A stretch of DNA of 64,000 nt from Candidatus Hydrogenedentota bacterium (lineage in GTDB: Bacteria > Hydrogenedentota > Hydrogenedentia > Hydrogenedentales > SLHB01). The stretch is from NCBI GenBank assembly GCA_045863335.1, contig BTVY01000017.1, positions 1 through 64,000 on the forward strand, read 5' to 3'. Numbering within the stretch: position 1 is the stretch's first letter; every line of letters starts with the position of its first letter. Made by a program: the position numbers and the translations under genes. The notes below the pieces were generated by a model that ran no database searches, was not told where the DNA came from, and worked only from the letters and a program-made list of their open reading frames with translations. This document shows positions 18,579 to 29,107 of this stretch, in pieces.

Positions 18579-21404
18579 ATGACCAGGTATCGAAGTGCAA
18601 GCCAATTTCTCGTGTGTTTGACGTTGATCGGCATCCTGGGCGTCGCTCAAGCGGATGTGTTTGAGCGAGTCTTCGGGGTGTCGCGGACGCTAGACCCTGC
18701 GAAAGTCGCGGAGGCGAAAGCTTTGAAGCCCGGCGAAACCCTGTCTGTGGATGCCGATGGCGACGGGACCATTGACGAACTCTGGTATATGGACCGGGGC
18801 AAGCGTCACACGAAGGAGCAACTGTTGGTCCGGGTCATTGACGAGGACGGGGACCTCTCGGAAACCGGGCGTGGCGATCGCGACAGCGATCTCTACCTGT
18901 GGGACTGGGGTGCGGACGGCACCATCGACGTGGCTACGGACTACCAGGACAACGACGGCGACAACGACCTCGACGAGATGGGCATCTTCTACAAGAAGAA
19001 CTGGAGCGACGATCTCGAAGATATCACGGTCTGGTGGGGCGTTGACGTGGGCGACGACAATCTGCTCTGGTACGACGTGGACGGCACGTATTACCAGGAC
19101 CTCTGCCAGTACCGGACCCACTTCAGCGGCGACGAAATGTTTTACCAGTACCGCCTCGCCGAGGGTTGGGATGAATGGCTCAATGTCTTTGAAGACCCCT
19201 TCGCGTTCTACGATCCCGATGGCGATCAGTGCAGCGAGGTGGTCGTGCGGGTCTGCGCCAAGGGTCACGAAGTCGAAAACCTTCGCTATAGCATCGATGC
19301 CGACGGCGACGCCTACGGTAGCCGCACGCATAACTACGATTTCTCTGTGACGGCTATTCCCGGGGACTCGCCCGTGAGCACGGAAGGAATCGCGACGCAA
19401 CCGGCAACGGTTCGCGGAATTCCGACTCATCCGGTCCTGTCCTGGGAAGATACACGCGGTTTCGCACAGAAGGCGTCGTGGTCCAAGGCCATGCTCTCCT
19501 GGAACGAACTGAACGCCAACACGGACGGCGACATCGCGAAGGATTCCCACGAACGGTGGGAAGGCGTGCTCAACCACAAGTCCAAGCACGACGATTTTCC
19601 GCAGGTGGGCGGTCCGCCGACGAGCGCGTACAACACGCGTGTCGAAGTGAGCCACAAGCCGGTTTCCCCACTTCGCCTGTACTTCGACGAAACTGATCAG
19701 CGATTGCACCTCCTGGGCGCGGCCTATGGGTACATCGACGTGGATTACAACCTGGACGGGACGGTCGATGCCGCGTACGAGTATGAAGACCAGAATGGCG
19801 ACGGCGTCCTGGATCGCCGGCGCATCGATACGGACGGTGACGGCACGTTTGAACTCGAGTTTGCGATGAGCGGCAACGCCGGAGAGATCGCGCTCGAGTA
19901 TGAGCCCGTGCTCGAACGCTATAAGCCGACGCTCGACAAAGTGCTGCGCGACACGCAGGAGTTCATCGACGCGGCCGAGGCCATTCTCGAATCCAACGAC
20001 GAGCGAGCCGACGCTATCAAAGCGTACTTCTTGAACGAACTTCCGAATTGGCACCGGGAGCGCGAAGTGGGTCTCTACGTGCGCACCAGTCCAGCTGGGG
20101 CGCGCTTTTATCTGGACCTGGTACGCGATCGTCTTTTTGCCGTCATGAAGGAACGGTACGGCGCCATGCAGGAGTGGCCGGAGTTTGAGCAGTCCTATGC
20201 GTCTGGCGACATCGGAGCCGCAACGGCGATCATCCGGCGTCACGCGGACGAACTCAGCTACGCGTCAGCGGCTCGGCGTTTCGGTGGATTTACAAAGCGG
20301 ATTCCGATTGCTATCGACAACAGCGGCCAGCCGGAGCGCGAACGGTCTCCCATCGTGTTGTCAATTGCGGCCATCGAGGAAGCCGCGCCCGATTTCAACG
20401 CGAATAATTGCGCCATCGTCGCGCCTCAGCGTTGGTTGGACTGGTTCGAACTTCCGCACCAGGTAGATGAACTGAATTCCGATACGGGCCAGGAGCTTTC
20501 ATTCGTTTCTGATTTGCCGGCGGATTCAAAATCAACCTTCTACCTCTACTATTCGCCCGAAGGACAGCGCGAAGTCACGTATCCGCAGTACACGCGGGCC
20601 GTCCTCGAAACCCCTGCCTACGTGGCGTGGGAATCGGACGCGGGCGCGTACCGCTTTTATACCGGCCAATTCGATTTCTTCGGCAAGGAGCCCGATCGTG
20701 GTCTGCCGCGGGAAGAACGCTTGCTGTATCCGATCGTCGAAGTGGCCTATCACGATCAGCAGGAGTGGGGGATGGACGCGCTGCACGTGGACTACTCGTC
20801 CGGACTTGGTGGCGTGACCATGCGTCTGGACGGACAAGACTACCTGGTGCAGAGTCCCGCCGGTGAAGGCCATGTCGCGTTCAGCCATCGCGTGCTGGCC
20901 GATGGGCCGGTGCGCGCCGCAATTGCCATCAGAGCGGAGAATGTCGTACCAGGTAACCCGGACATTTCCGCGGAGTTTGTCTGCCTTATTTATACGGGCC
21001 ATGCCGAGAGCGAGATCCGCTGCAAGATTTTGGGCGTTGATGGACCCATCGAACTTGCGCCGGGACTGGTGAAACTCGGCGACGAATCCTGGTTCAAAGA
21101 CGAGGATGCCGGGATACTTGCGAACTACGGCTACCAGGAGTACCGGATCGGCGACATTGCGTTGGCGCTGATCGTGCCGCCCGATTTGTTGAACGACACG
21201 GTGGACTTGGAAGACGAGCGGCGCTTGCTGTGTGACGCGCCGGAGCATTCGTTGCGCTACTGGGTCATCGGCGACTGGCGGCGGGGCCGGCAGTATCCCG
21301 TGTCGCCGACCATCGACAACTGGCGCTTTGAAGTAGAGGCGCTCGCGAAGACGGTTACGCAAGAACCGGCGATTGCACTGGGCAAGGTGGAAACGACGAA
21401 CTAG
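18579..21404 (+). CDS. Secreted protein with Dx[DN]xDG Ca-binding repeats and a C-terminal DUF4861-like domain
   Basis: About 10 DxDxDG motifs; AWESDAGAYRFY, DFFGK, WGMDALHV...SGLGG and ADGPVRA motifs. Confidence 0.7.
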   Translation: MTRYRSASQFLVCLTLIGILGVAQADVFERVFGVSRTLDPAKVAEAKALKPGETLSVDADGDGTIDELWYMDRGKRHTKEQLLVRVIDEDGDLSETGRGDRDSDLYLWDWGADGTIDVATDYQDNDGDNDLDEMGIFYKKNWSDDLEDITVWWGVDVGDDNLLWYDVDGTYYQDLCQYRTHFSGDEMFYQYRLAEGWDEWLNVFEDPFAFYDPDGDQCSEVVVRVCAKGHEVENLRYSIDADGDAYGSRTHNYDFSVTAIPGDSPVSTEGIATQPATVRGIPTHPVLSWEDTRGFAQKASWSKAMLSWNELNANTDGDIAKDSHERWEGVLNHKSKHDDFPQVGGPPTSAYNTRVEVSHKPVSPLRLYFDETDQRLHLLGAAYGYIDVDYNLDGTVDAAYEYEDQNGDGVLDRRRIDTDGDGTFELEFAMSGNAGEIALEYEPVLERYKPTLDKVLRDTQEFIDAAEAILESNDERADAIKAYFLNELPNWHREREVGLYVRTSPAGARFYLDLVRDRLFAVMKERYGAMQEWPEFEQSYASGDIGAATAIIRRHADELSYASAARRFGGFTKRIPIAIDNSGQPERERSPIVLSIAAIEEAAPDFNANNCAIVAPQRWLDWFELPHQVDELNSDTGQELSFVSDLPADSKSTFYLYYSPEGQREVTYPQYTRAVLETPAYVAWESDAGAYRFYTGQFDFFGKEPDRGLPREERLLYPIVEVAYHDQQEWGMDALHVDYSSGLGGVTMRLDGQDYLVQSPAGEGHVAFSHRVLADGPVRAAIAIRAENVVPGNPDISAEFVCLIYTGHAESEIRCKILGVDGPIELAPGLVKLGDESWFKDEDAGILANYGYQEYRIGDIALALIVPPDLLNDTVDLEDERRLLCDAPEHSLRYWVIGDWRRGRQYPVSPTIDNWRFEVEALAKTVTQEPAIALGKVETTN

Positions 21405-22720
21405 CGCTTCGTCCCGCGCAGTTCATTCAGCGCGGCTTCGGCGGCTTTGAGTGTTTTCTTGATGTCCTCGTCCGTGTGGGCGGTGGACACGAACCAGATG
21501 CCCATCGAGGTGATCTGGACGCCGCGGTTCTGGAGGGCGATCCAGAGTTTGCGGCCAAGCTCGTAGTTGGTCCGCCGCGCGGTGCGATAGTCCGTCACCG
21601 GCTCCGCGTCCGGCGGCAGAAATGTGGCGCTGAAGACCGTTCCGACACCGCGCAGCGTGATGGGCAGTTCGAAGTCGTCTGCGATTTCCGAAAGCTTGAT
21701 TGAGAGCTGATCGCCCTTGGCGTTGGCCTTTTTGAGCATGGCACCGTCGTCCGCGCTCATCGCCTCCAACGCGGCAACCGTACCGGCCATGGCAAGTGGA
21801 TTCGAATTGTACGTGCCGGCATGCACCGTTTTCAGGGTGCCGAACCGTTCCATATACTTGGCCTTGCCCGCGACAGCGCTCACGGGCATGCCCGCGCCCA
21901 AGGCTTTGGCAAAGGTGGCGAGGTCCGGCGTGACGCCGAAATAGGCTTGGGCGCCGCCGAGTCCCACGCGGAACCCCGTGATGACCTCGTCGAAAATCAA
22001 GAGTACGCCGTGCTCGTTGCACAACTTGCGCATGGTCTTCAGGAAGTTCGGCTGACCGGGGATCAATCCGGCCGCCGACGCGAAGGGATCGCAGATCACC
22101 GCGGCCAGCTCTTCGCCGCGCCGCGCAAAGAGGTCTTCCAACAACGCCGCATCGTTCCACGGCAGCACCACGACATTCGCGCCGTCCTCTGGTTGCTGCC
22201 CTTCCGAAGCGGGTCGTAGTGGAGGGTCCTCGCGCGGTCCCAGTTCCGCCGTGGGCGAGGCCTGGTTCCACGCAATGTTATCGAACCAGCCGTGATAGTG
22301 CCCCTCGAACCGCAATACCATCTTGCGTCCACTGCAGGCGCGCGCGAGTCGCAACGCCGCATGTACCGCTTCGGACCCCGTTGTGCTGAAACGGACCATC
22401 TCTGCGCAGGGCACATGAGTACAAACCAGTTCCGCGGCGCGAACCTCCAGCTCGGATTGCAGGCCGTACACGATGCCCCGTTCGACCTGCCGCTGCACCG
22501 CCTGAACGACGGGAGCGGGCGTATGCCCCAGAATCATCGGGCCGTGGCCGAGCAGATAGTCGATGTACTCGTTGCCGTCGATGTCCCAGATGCGCGATCC
22601 TTTGGCGCGTTCGATATGCAACGGGACCGGATCCGATATGGCGCGCACGTTGCTGTTGATGCCGCCGGGAATGATCTTCTTCGCCCGCTCGTGAGCGGCG
22701 ATGGACTTCTTGTATCCCAT
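21401..22720 (-). CDS. Class III aminotransferase, glutamate-1-semialdehyde aminomutase-like paralog
   Basis: PGGINSNVR, DIDGNEYID, FDEVITGFR, DLATFAKALG and HAGTYNSNP motifs; the context argues against a true hemL. Confidence 0.85.
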   Translation of the reverse strand: MGYKKSIAAHERAKKIIPGGINSNVRAISDPVPLHIERAKGSRIWDIDGNEYIDYLLGHGPMILGHTPAPVVQAVQRQVERGIVYGLQSELEVRAAELVCTHVPCAEMVRFSTTGSEAVHAALRLARACSGRKMVLRFEGHYHGWFDNIAWNQASPTAELGPREDPPLRPASEGQQPEDGANVVVLPWNDAALLEDLFARRGEELAAVICDPFASAAGLIPGQPNFLKTMRKLCNEHGVLLIFDEVITGFRVGLGGAQAYFGVTPDLATFAKALGAGMPVSAVAGKAKYMERFGTLKTVHAGTYNSNPLAMAGTVAALEAMSADDGAMLKKANAKGDQLSIKLSEIADDFELPITLRGVGTVFSATFLPPDAEPVTDYRTARRTNYELGRKLWIALQNRGVQITSMGIWFVSTAHTDEDIKKTLKAAEAALNELRGTKR

Positions 22721-22722
22721 GA

Positions 22723-23769
22723 CTAAGACCTCAGGAAGACTTCTTTACCGGTCCGGCTCGATTCGTACGCGGCGGCGGCAGCCGCCACAGCTTGCCGGCC
22801 ATCCCAGCCCGATGCGGCCAGCGGCGCGTCGTCTTGCACCGCTGCAATGACATTGTTGATGTTCGCGGCGTAGGTCTTGAGGCGGACGGGATCGAGAAAC
22901 CCCTTTCCGGCCCAATCGATGGGTTCCTGCTCGGCGGCCACTTCCCAATCGCCGCCGTCGAAGGACACGCGCATTTCACCATACCAGTCCACGTCGATCA
23001 ATCCGAGTTCGCAAACAATCCGTGTCGCGCCGCCGCTTCGTTCGAAGCCCGGCTTCACCAGTTCGAAGGAACAGAAGATGGACACCACAGAACCGTCTTC
23101 CATCGTGAGCAGCACGTCGGAGGTCCCATCCACCGGATACTGTCCGCTGATGCAGCGTACCTTCGCGAATACCGAACGGATCTCCTGGTTTGTGAACCAC
23201 CGCGCCTGGTCGATGTTGTGAATGCCGTGCCCCATCAAGATACCGACATTTGCCGGGACCAACTGCCAGCGCGGCACCGCGCCTTCCATCCCGTTGGGGA
23301 CAAGTTGCGTCGAACGCATGTGCATGACGCGGCCCATCTTGTCAGAGTCCAAGAGTTTCTTCGTCTCCATGGGACAGGTGCGGAATCGTTGCGTGAACAT
23401 GACCGCGCACTGCGTGCCGGCTTCCTCGCCAGCGTTCAATATCGCGTCGCATTCCTCAACCGTACACGCCATGGGCTTTTCGATAATGAGGTGCTTTCCC
23501 GCGCGCGCGGCCGCGAGGCCTTGCTCCCCGTGGCACACGTGGGGAGTGGCGATGCACACGAGATCGATGTCGTCGCTGGAGACCAGCGCTTCCACGCTTT
23601 CGAAGTGGGGCACGTCATACTCGCGCGCCAGCTTCTCCGAACGAGTGCCGCCGGCCACACCCATCAATTCCCCGCCGGGTACGAGCGACTGCACTGCGCG
23701 CGCGTAGGTTTGCCCCATGAATCCGGCGCCGATTACGCCGATACCCAGTTTCTTGCTCGATTCGGCCAT
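22723..23769 (-). CDS. Gfo/Idh/MocA-family oxidoreductase
   Basis: GAGFMG, IATPH, EKPMA and HGIHNID motifs. Confidence 0.9.
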   Translation of the reverse strand: MAESSKKLGIGVIGAGFMGQTYARAVQSLVPGGELMGVAGGTRSEKLAREYDVPHFESVEALVSSDDIDLVCIATPHVCHGEQGLAAARAGKHLIIEKPMACTVEECDAILNAGEEAGTQCAVMFTQRFRTCPMETKKLLDSDKMGRVMHMRSTQLVPNGMEGAVPRWQLVPANVGILMGHGIHNIDQARWFTNQEIRSVFAKVRCISGQYPVDGTSDVLLTMEDGSVVSIFCSFELVKPGFERSGGATRIVCELGLIDVDWYGEMRVSFDGGDWEVAAEQEPIDWAGKGFLDPVRLKTYAANINNVIAAVQDDAPLAASGWDGRQAVAAAAAAYESSRTGKEVFLRS

Positions 23770-23773
23770 TAGG

Positions 23774-25510
23774 CTATTCACTTTCCGTGGTCGTTGTACG
23801 TTTCATGTGGATAATCTGCCGGGAAAACGCGGCGGTCAATCCGCCCAGCGCCAGCAGGAAGATTCCGACAGCGATGGATATCCAGCCGTCTCGCGCCGAC
23901 GCCGTCAACAGCACCGCGGCGATCATAATCGCACCCAGCGCCGCGCTTGCCAGGCCGATCACCCGCACCGCGAGCGATGCGTCGCCGCCTTCATCCAAAT
24001 CCGCTTTGGCCGAAAGGTCGCGGGCCGTGAGACCGGAAAGGAATTGTGCGATCCGTTCGCGTCGTTCCGGCGAATTGGGCGCCAATGTACTCACGACAAC
24101 GAGCACAATCGTAGTCGGAACCGCCGTAATCCACGTCAAGTACGTGACGCTCCGCAGATAGCTCAGGTCTTCGTTGCCGCCGGCGACATAGGCGGCCACG
24201 CCAAACGCAGTGCCGGTAATAAACGCGGCCATGGCGCCCGCATTGGATGCTTTTCTCGTGAGCAACCCCGCCATCATGGGGATCGCTACCGGTGGCATCA
24301 ATACGCCGAAGAGCTGCGCCATGTAGTTGACCAGGTCTTCCTTGTCCTGTGCGCTCGCCAAGATCAATGCGATGCCCAGCGCGAGACCGCCGATCAGGAA
24401 GGTCGATACCCGGCCCGTTAACACGAGCGCCCGATCCGAAAATGACTTTCCGAAGAAGCGCTTCACGATATCGTTCGTGATTACCGACGCGCCGGCATTG
24501 TAATCGCTGGAAAGCATGGACATGGTGGCTGAGAACATGGCGGCGATGATGACCCCCAACATCCCGACCGGCAGCAGTTCCCGGCAGAGCAGGGGGTAGA
24601 CGTCGTTGTAGTTGGTAATGTCCGGCATGAAAATGCGCGCGGCCATGGCCGGCAAAAACAACAGCGGAGGGCCGAAGAACATAAGCGCGGCCACGAGATA
24701 TCCAACCTTCCGCGCATCGCGGTCGCTAGCCACCGAATAGTAGCGCTGCACGTACGGCCACTTCGTCGCGTACGTGAGCAGCAGCACCACGCCGAAGGCA
24801 ATGAGCCATGGCCAGGTGTAACTGCCCCCGGTCGGCGTGGAAAATCCCTCGGGAAGCCCTTCAAAGAATCCCGATAGACCGCCGACGCGCCCCAATGCGA
24901 GCGGGACAAGTACGATGACGGCAACGGCAACGATTACGAACTGAATGACGTCCGTGATCATGACCGCCCAGAGGCCACCCAGAAAGGTGTATACAAGAAT
25001 GATCGCGCCGCAGGCAGCAATGGCCAGATGTAGACTGTAGTCGTATTGAAGACCCAGACTCACCGTTACCATTTTGCCAATGACAAACAACTTCAGCCCG
25101 TCATCGATAACGATGAGGGGGAGGCCAATCCAGCTGAATCCCTGTCGCAGCGCCGGGCCGAACCGCGTTTCGATGTATTCCAACGGACTGGTCGTCGCTG
25201 CCCTTCGCCAGCGAGCCGCCAGAAAGTACGCGCTGAACAAACAACTTGGAACCGAGAACCACCAGATGGTTATCGCAACGAATCCGTGTTGATAGGCCAG
25301 TGCGGAATACGCCACGAAGGTAAACGCGCTGAAGGTTGTCATGTAGAGCGAAATGCCGGACACCCACCACGGCACCTGCCGGCCCCCGCTGAAGAAGTCC
25401 TTGAGGTCTTTCATACGGTTCGCGTAGTACAAACCGATGGCCAGCATGACGACGAAGAACCCCGTCAAGATGGCGTAGTCCGCCGCGGCAAAACTGTTCT
25501 CGAAACTCAT
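23774..25510 (-). CDS. Sodium:solute symporter (SSS; SiaT-like)
   Basis: FFSGGRQVPWW, GGLWAVMITDVIQ, YVQRY and AAMFSATMS motifs. Confidence 0.9.
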   Translation of the reverse strand: MSFENSFAAADYAILTGFFVVMLAIGLYYANRMKDLKDFFSGGRQVPWWVSGISLYMTTFSAFTFVAYSALAYQHGFVAITIWWFSVPSCLFSAYFLAARWRRAATTSPLEYIETRFGPALRQGFSWIGLPLIVIDDGLKLFVIGKMVTVSLGLQYDYSLHLAIAACGAIILVYTFLGGLWAVMITDVIQFVIVAVAVIVLVPLALGRVGGLSGFFEGLPEGFSTPTGGSYTWPWLIAFGVVLLLTYATKWPYVQRYYSVASDRDARKVGYLVAALMFFGPPLLFLPAMAARIFMPDITNYNDVYPLLCRELLPVGMLGVIIAAMFSATMSMLSSDYNAGASVITNDIVKRFFGKSFSDRALVLTGRVSTFLIGGLALGIALILASAQDKEDLVNYMAQLFGVLMPPVAIPMMAGLLTRKASNAGAMAAFITGTAFGVAAYVAGGNEDLSYLRSVTYLTWITAVPTTIVLVVVSTLAPNSPERRERIAQFLSGLTARDLSAKADLDEGGDASLAVRVIGLASAALGAIMIAAVLLTASARDGWISIAVGIFLLALGGLTAAFSRQIIHMKRTTTTESE

Positions 25511-25633
25511 GGCGTGGCGATGACCTTTGAATTGAATCCCCGTCTCGCATCCGAATCCGGTTTCCGGTATTCTGGCACCGACAACCCCGCAGGAATCCGG
25601 ATGCGTGCAGGTGCAACCATAGGACAATCGACC

Positions 25634-26836
25634 GTGACGAAACAAATTCACGACTGGGTTTCCCGTTTGAGAGTTGCAGCGGCAATCGCGCTGCTGTGCG
25701 CCGTCGGTGGGGGAGCCGTCTTGGCATGGGATGGATTCAACTGGGATACCTGGCGCGAGATCACCGGAGTTGAAGCGCCTCAGGTGTCGAATCCTCAGTC
25801 GGGCCAGGCCGATCTGGTGCCGTTACTGGCAAAAGAGGAACCGGATTCGGCGCGGATTGATACTCCGGAAGCATGGGAAGCAAAGCGCGCGCGAATTGTG
25901 GATGTGCTCGAAGCCTTTCTGGGCACTCCGGGTCCAATCGAGAAACCCGAACCCTATGCGGAAGTGCTCGGTGAGGAGGACATGGGCGCCTATGTGCGAC
26001 GTCACCTTCGGATCGTCAGCGGGTCCGACGATTCGATCCCCGCGTACTTACTTGTGCCGAAGAAGCTACAGCAGAACCCGAGCCCCGCGATGATCGTGCT
26101 GCACCAGACCCAGGCGCCGGGCAAACAGGAAGCCTGCGGCATGATCGGCGATCCCAACATGGCCTTCGCATTGGAATTGGTCGAGCGCGGCTATATTTGC
26201 ATCGCGCCGGACGCCATCGGCTTCGGCGAGCGTATCCCGGAAGGTGAGCAGCCCTACTACGGCGCCCACGACTTCTACCGCAAACACCCGGACTGGTCCT
26301 TCTTCGGCAAGATGAATTGGGACGTGCAGCGGGTCATCGACTATTTGGAGACGATCCCCGAGGTTGACGCGTCGCGCATCGGATGCATGGGCCATTCCCA
26401 CGGAGCGTACGGAACGATCATGGCGGCGGCGTTCGATACGCGTATCAAAGCGGCTATCGCAAGTTGTGGGTTTACGACGCTCCGCACCGATCCCCGCCCG
26501 GATCGCTGGAGTCATCTAACCGCGTTGCTTCCGCGGTTGGGTTTCTATATCGACGACATTGACCAAGCGCCCTTCGATTGGCACGAAATCGCGGCCTGCA
26601 TCGCGCCGCGCGCGTACTTCAATCATGCGACCTTGAACGACGACATCTTCCCCAACACCGAGAACCTCTCGACCGTCTACGTGCAGCTTGGCGAAGTGTA
26701 CGGACTGTATGATGCGCGGGACCGGTTCTACGGCTCGTTGGTCACAGGCGCCCACTCCATTCCCCCCGCGTCGCGGCAGACAGCGTACGAATGGTTGGAT
26801 CAACAGTTCGGCTTTGATCCAAAGACCGGTAATTGA
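25634..26836 (+). CDS. Secreted alpha/beta hydrolase (dienelactone hydrolase/acetylxylan esterase-like)
   Basis: IPAYLLVP, VDASRIGCMGHSHG and IAPRA motifs. Confidence 0.8.
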   Translation: MTKQIHDWVSRLRVAAAIALLCAVGGGAVLAWDGFNWDTWREITGVEAPQVSNPQSGQADLVPLLAKEEPDSARIDTPEAWEAKRARIVDVLEAFLGTPGPIEKPEPYAEVLGEEDMGAYVRRHLRIVSGSDDSIPAYLLVPKKLQQNPSPAMIVLHQTQAPGKQEACGMIGDPNMAFALELVERGYICIAPDAIGFGERIPEGEQPYYGAHDFYRKHPDWSFFGKMNWDVQRVIDYLETIPEVDASRIGCMGHSHGAYGTIMAAAFDTRIKAAIASCGFTTLRTDPRPDRWSHLTALLPRLGFYIDDIDQAPFDWHEIAACIAPRAYFNHATLNDDIFPNTENLSTVYVQLGEVYGLYDARDRFYGSLVTGAHSIPPASRQTAYEWLDQQFGFDPKTGN

Positions 26837-26845
26837 GGAGGAACC

Positions 26846-28426
26846 ATGGCGGAGATTTCCCGGAGGCAGTTCGTAGCGGGATCGGCAACGATTGCACTCG
26901 CCGCGTCGGGGGTGCCCGCACTATCGGAGGAAACCGTGAAGACGAGCGAGCCTGCATCGGATCGTCCCAACGTGCTTTTTGTGCTGGCCGATCAGCATCG
27001 ACTTGACTGCCTCGGCGCATACGGCAACGCGCAGGTCCGGACACCCAACATCGATGCCCTTGCTGCGGAAGGGGTCCGGTTCAATAACAGCTTCTGTCCG
27101 TACCCCGTCTGCACCCCCTCGCGGTATTCCCTGTTCTCGGGCCGCTACGTGCACGAACACCGTGGTTGGACCAACCATTGCACGCTGCCGCCGGAGGTGG
27201 AAACCTGGCCGAGCCTATTGAAAGCGGCCGGATATCAGACCGATTGCGCCGGAAAAATGCACTTCACGCCGACCTATCTCGACGTGGGCTTTGCGGAAAT
27301 GTACCTGTCCGAGCAGAACGGACCCGGCCGCTGGGATGACGATTATCACCGCATGCTCCGGGATCGCGGCGTTATCGATGCCAACGATCTCGAGGACCAG
27401 GAACGGGAATTCCGCGAGCACGCGCGGGAAGAGTATTGGGAAAACTTTGGCGCACTGCCGTCGAACCTGCCGGACGAGTTGCACTCGACCACGTGGACGG
27501 GAGACCGCGCGGTCGAAACGTTGGAGGGCTGGTCGGGTGGCGGAAATCTTTTCCTCGCGAGTTTCATCAAACCGCACCACCCCTTCGATCCGCCGAAGGC
27601 CTGGGCAGACCGGTACAACGCGGCTGATTTGGATTTGCTGCCTGGCTGGATTGATGAGTGTTTCGAGCATGACCTGAAGCTAAACCCCGGCTACTTCCCC
27701 CACGAGAAGCTGTCGAAGGATGTCCTGCGCCGCGTAATGGTCCATTACTACGCAACCATCGAGCACATCGACCATCAGGTCGGCCGCATGGTGGAGGTAC
27801 TCAAGCGGAAGGGACTTTACGACAACACGCTGATCATCTACACCAGCGATCATGGCGAGTATATGGGGTACCACCATTTGCTGCTGAAGGGCGGCTACAT
27901 GTACGACGCACTGGTCAAGGTGCCCCTCATCATTCGGTATCCCGGCGGCGGGAAGGCAGAGGCTTCCGACGCACAGGTGACGAATCTCGATCTGGCACCA
28001 ACCATTCTGCGGCAGTGCGGTATCGAGCCGGCGGAAGGGATGCACGGGAACAATCTCGCCGAAAGCGCCGGACGCGAAATCGTCTTCGCGGAGAGCCACG
28101 GCGGCGCCCAAGTCATGGCGCGCACGAAAAGCCGCAAACTGCTGCGGCACGAGGGCCTTAAACAGAACTTCCTGTACGACCTGGAAAAAGACCCCGGCGA
28201 AACAGTCAATTGCTACGAGGACCCCGCCTACGCCGACGACGTGCGCGCGCTGGAAAAGGCGCTTCAGGACTGGCGTCCCGGTCCGCTACCAGAAACCTAT
28301 TTGAACCAGGACGCGCCGCAGATCGATCAACCCAACGTCCCACCCGACCTTAGCCACCGCGATGCCATGATGGCGTACACCCGCGAAAAGATGGCGGAAT
28401 TCTTCGACGCCCAGGACGGAAGATAG
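26846..28426 (+). CDS. Formylglycine-dependent sulfatase, Tat-exported
   Basis: SRRQFV twin-arginine leader; CTPSR, GKMH, PHHPF and SDHG motifs. Confidence 0.92.
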   Translation: MAEISRRQFVAGSATIALAASGVPALSEETVKTSEPASDRPNVLFVLADQHRLDCLGAYGNAQVRTPNIDALAAEGVRFNNSFCPYPVCTPSRYSLFSGRYVHEHRGWTNHCTLPPEVETWPSLLKAAGYQTDCAGKMHFTPTYLDVGFAEMYLSEQNGPGRWDDDYHRMLRDRGVIDANDLEDQEREFREHAREEYWENFGALPSNLPDELHSTTWTGDRAVETLEGWSGGGNLFLASFIKPHHPFDPPKAWADRYNAADLDLLPGWIDECFEHDLKLNPGYFPHEKLSKDVLRRVMVHYYATIEHIDHQVGRMVEVLKRKGLYDNTLIIYTSDHGEYMGYHHLLLKGGYMYDALVKVPLIIRYPGGGKAEASDAQVTNLDLAPTILRQCGIEPAEGMHGNNLAESAGREIVFAESHGGAQVMARTKSRKLLRHEGLKQNFLYDLEKDPGETVNCYEDPAYADDVRALEKALQDWRPGPLPETYLNQDAPQIDQPNVPPDLSHRDAMMAYTREKMAEFFDAQDGR

Positions 28427-28515
28427 GGACTATTACCATTTAACTTCTGCGAGCCTTCTAACTTCTCGATCACCGCGTAGTTGAATGGTGACTGATAGCC
28501 ATCTTGGTGGCTTCC

Positions 28516-29076
28516 CTATTTACCGCTTCCGAATTCTTCGGCACATATGGCCCAGCGGTCGTGATCTTTCCACTCGCCGCCGATTCTGAGAAACCGGGGA
28601 GACTGGCCTTCGAGCCGAAATCCGAGGCGCTTGAGCAATCCTATTGACGCGATGTTATCCGGTTGGACGTTTGCTTCAACACGATGGAGATTTAGTTCGT
28701 TGAACGCATGATACAGTGCAAGAGTAATGCCTTCCGTCATCAAGCCGCTCCGCCGATCACTCTTGCCAATCCAATATCCCATACACGCATTGCAGAAGTT
28801 GCCGTAGCAAATATTGCTCAAGTTGATGGCGCCCGCGATGCGGTTGTCCGGCAGGGCGCATAAGAGTAGCGCGACGAACGCAGGGTCTGCCGCGCGTTCC
28901 ACATACTCCACGAATCGTTCGGGCGTGGACGGCGGCGAGACCCACGGGGCATGAAAGTCCTGGCTTTCGTGGACGACTCGAAGAAACTCCGTCATGTCGG
29001 TTCTTCGAGGAGAGCGTATACACACCCGGCTACCCGCACCAAAGAACATGGGGTCCAAGTCGCGCTGACTCGTCAT
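28516..29076 (-). CDS. RimJ/RimL-type GNAT acetyltransferase
   Basis: MGYWIG, LHRVEANVQPDNIAS and GEWKDH motifs. Confidence 0.88.
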   Translation of the reverse strand: MTSQRDLDPMFFGAGSRVCIRSPRRTDMTEFLRVVHESQDFHAPWVSPPSTPERFVEYVERAADPAFVALLLCALPDNRIAGAINLSNICYGNFCNACMGYWIGKSDRRSGLMTEGITLALYHAFNELNLHRVEANVQPDNIASIGLLKRLGFRLEGQSPRFLRIGGEWKDHDRWAICAEEFGSGK

Positions 29077-29107
29077 GTCCGTCTACTCGACCAACCGCCA
29101 GGTTGGG

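Noticed and set aside
21401-22720. Calling the aminotransferase hemL
   Set aside because: The INSNVR and YHGWFD variants and the catabolic context suggest a paralogue, so the symbol is withheld.
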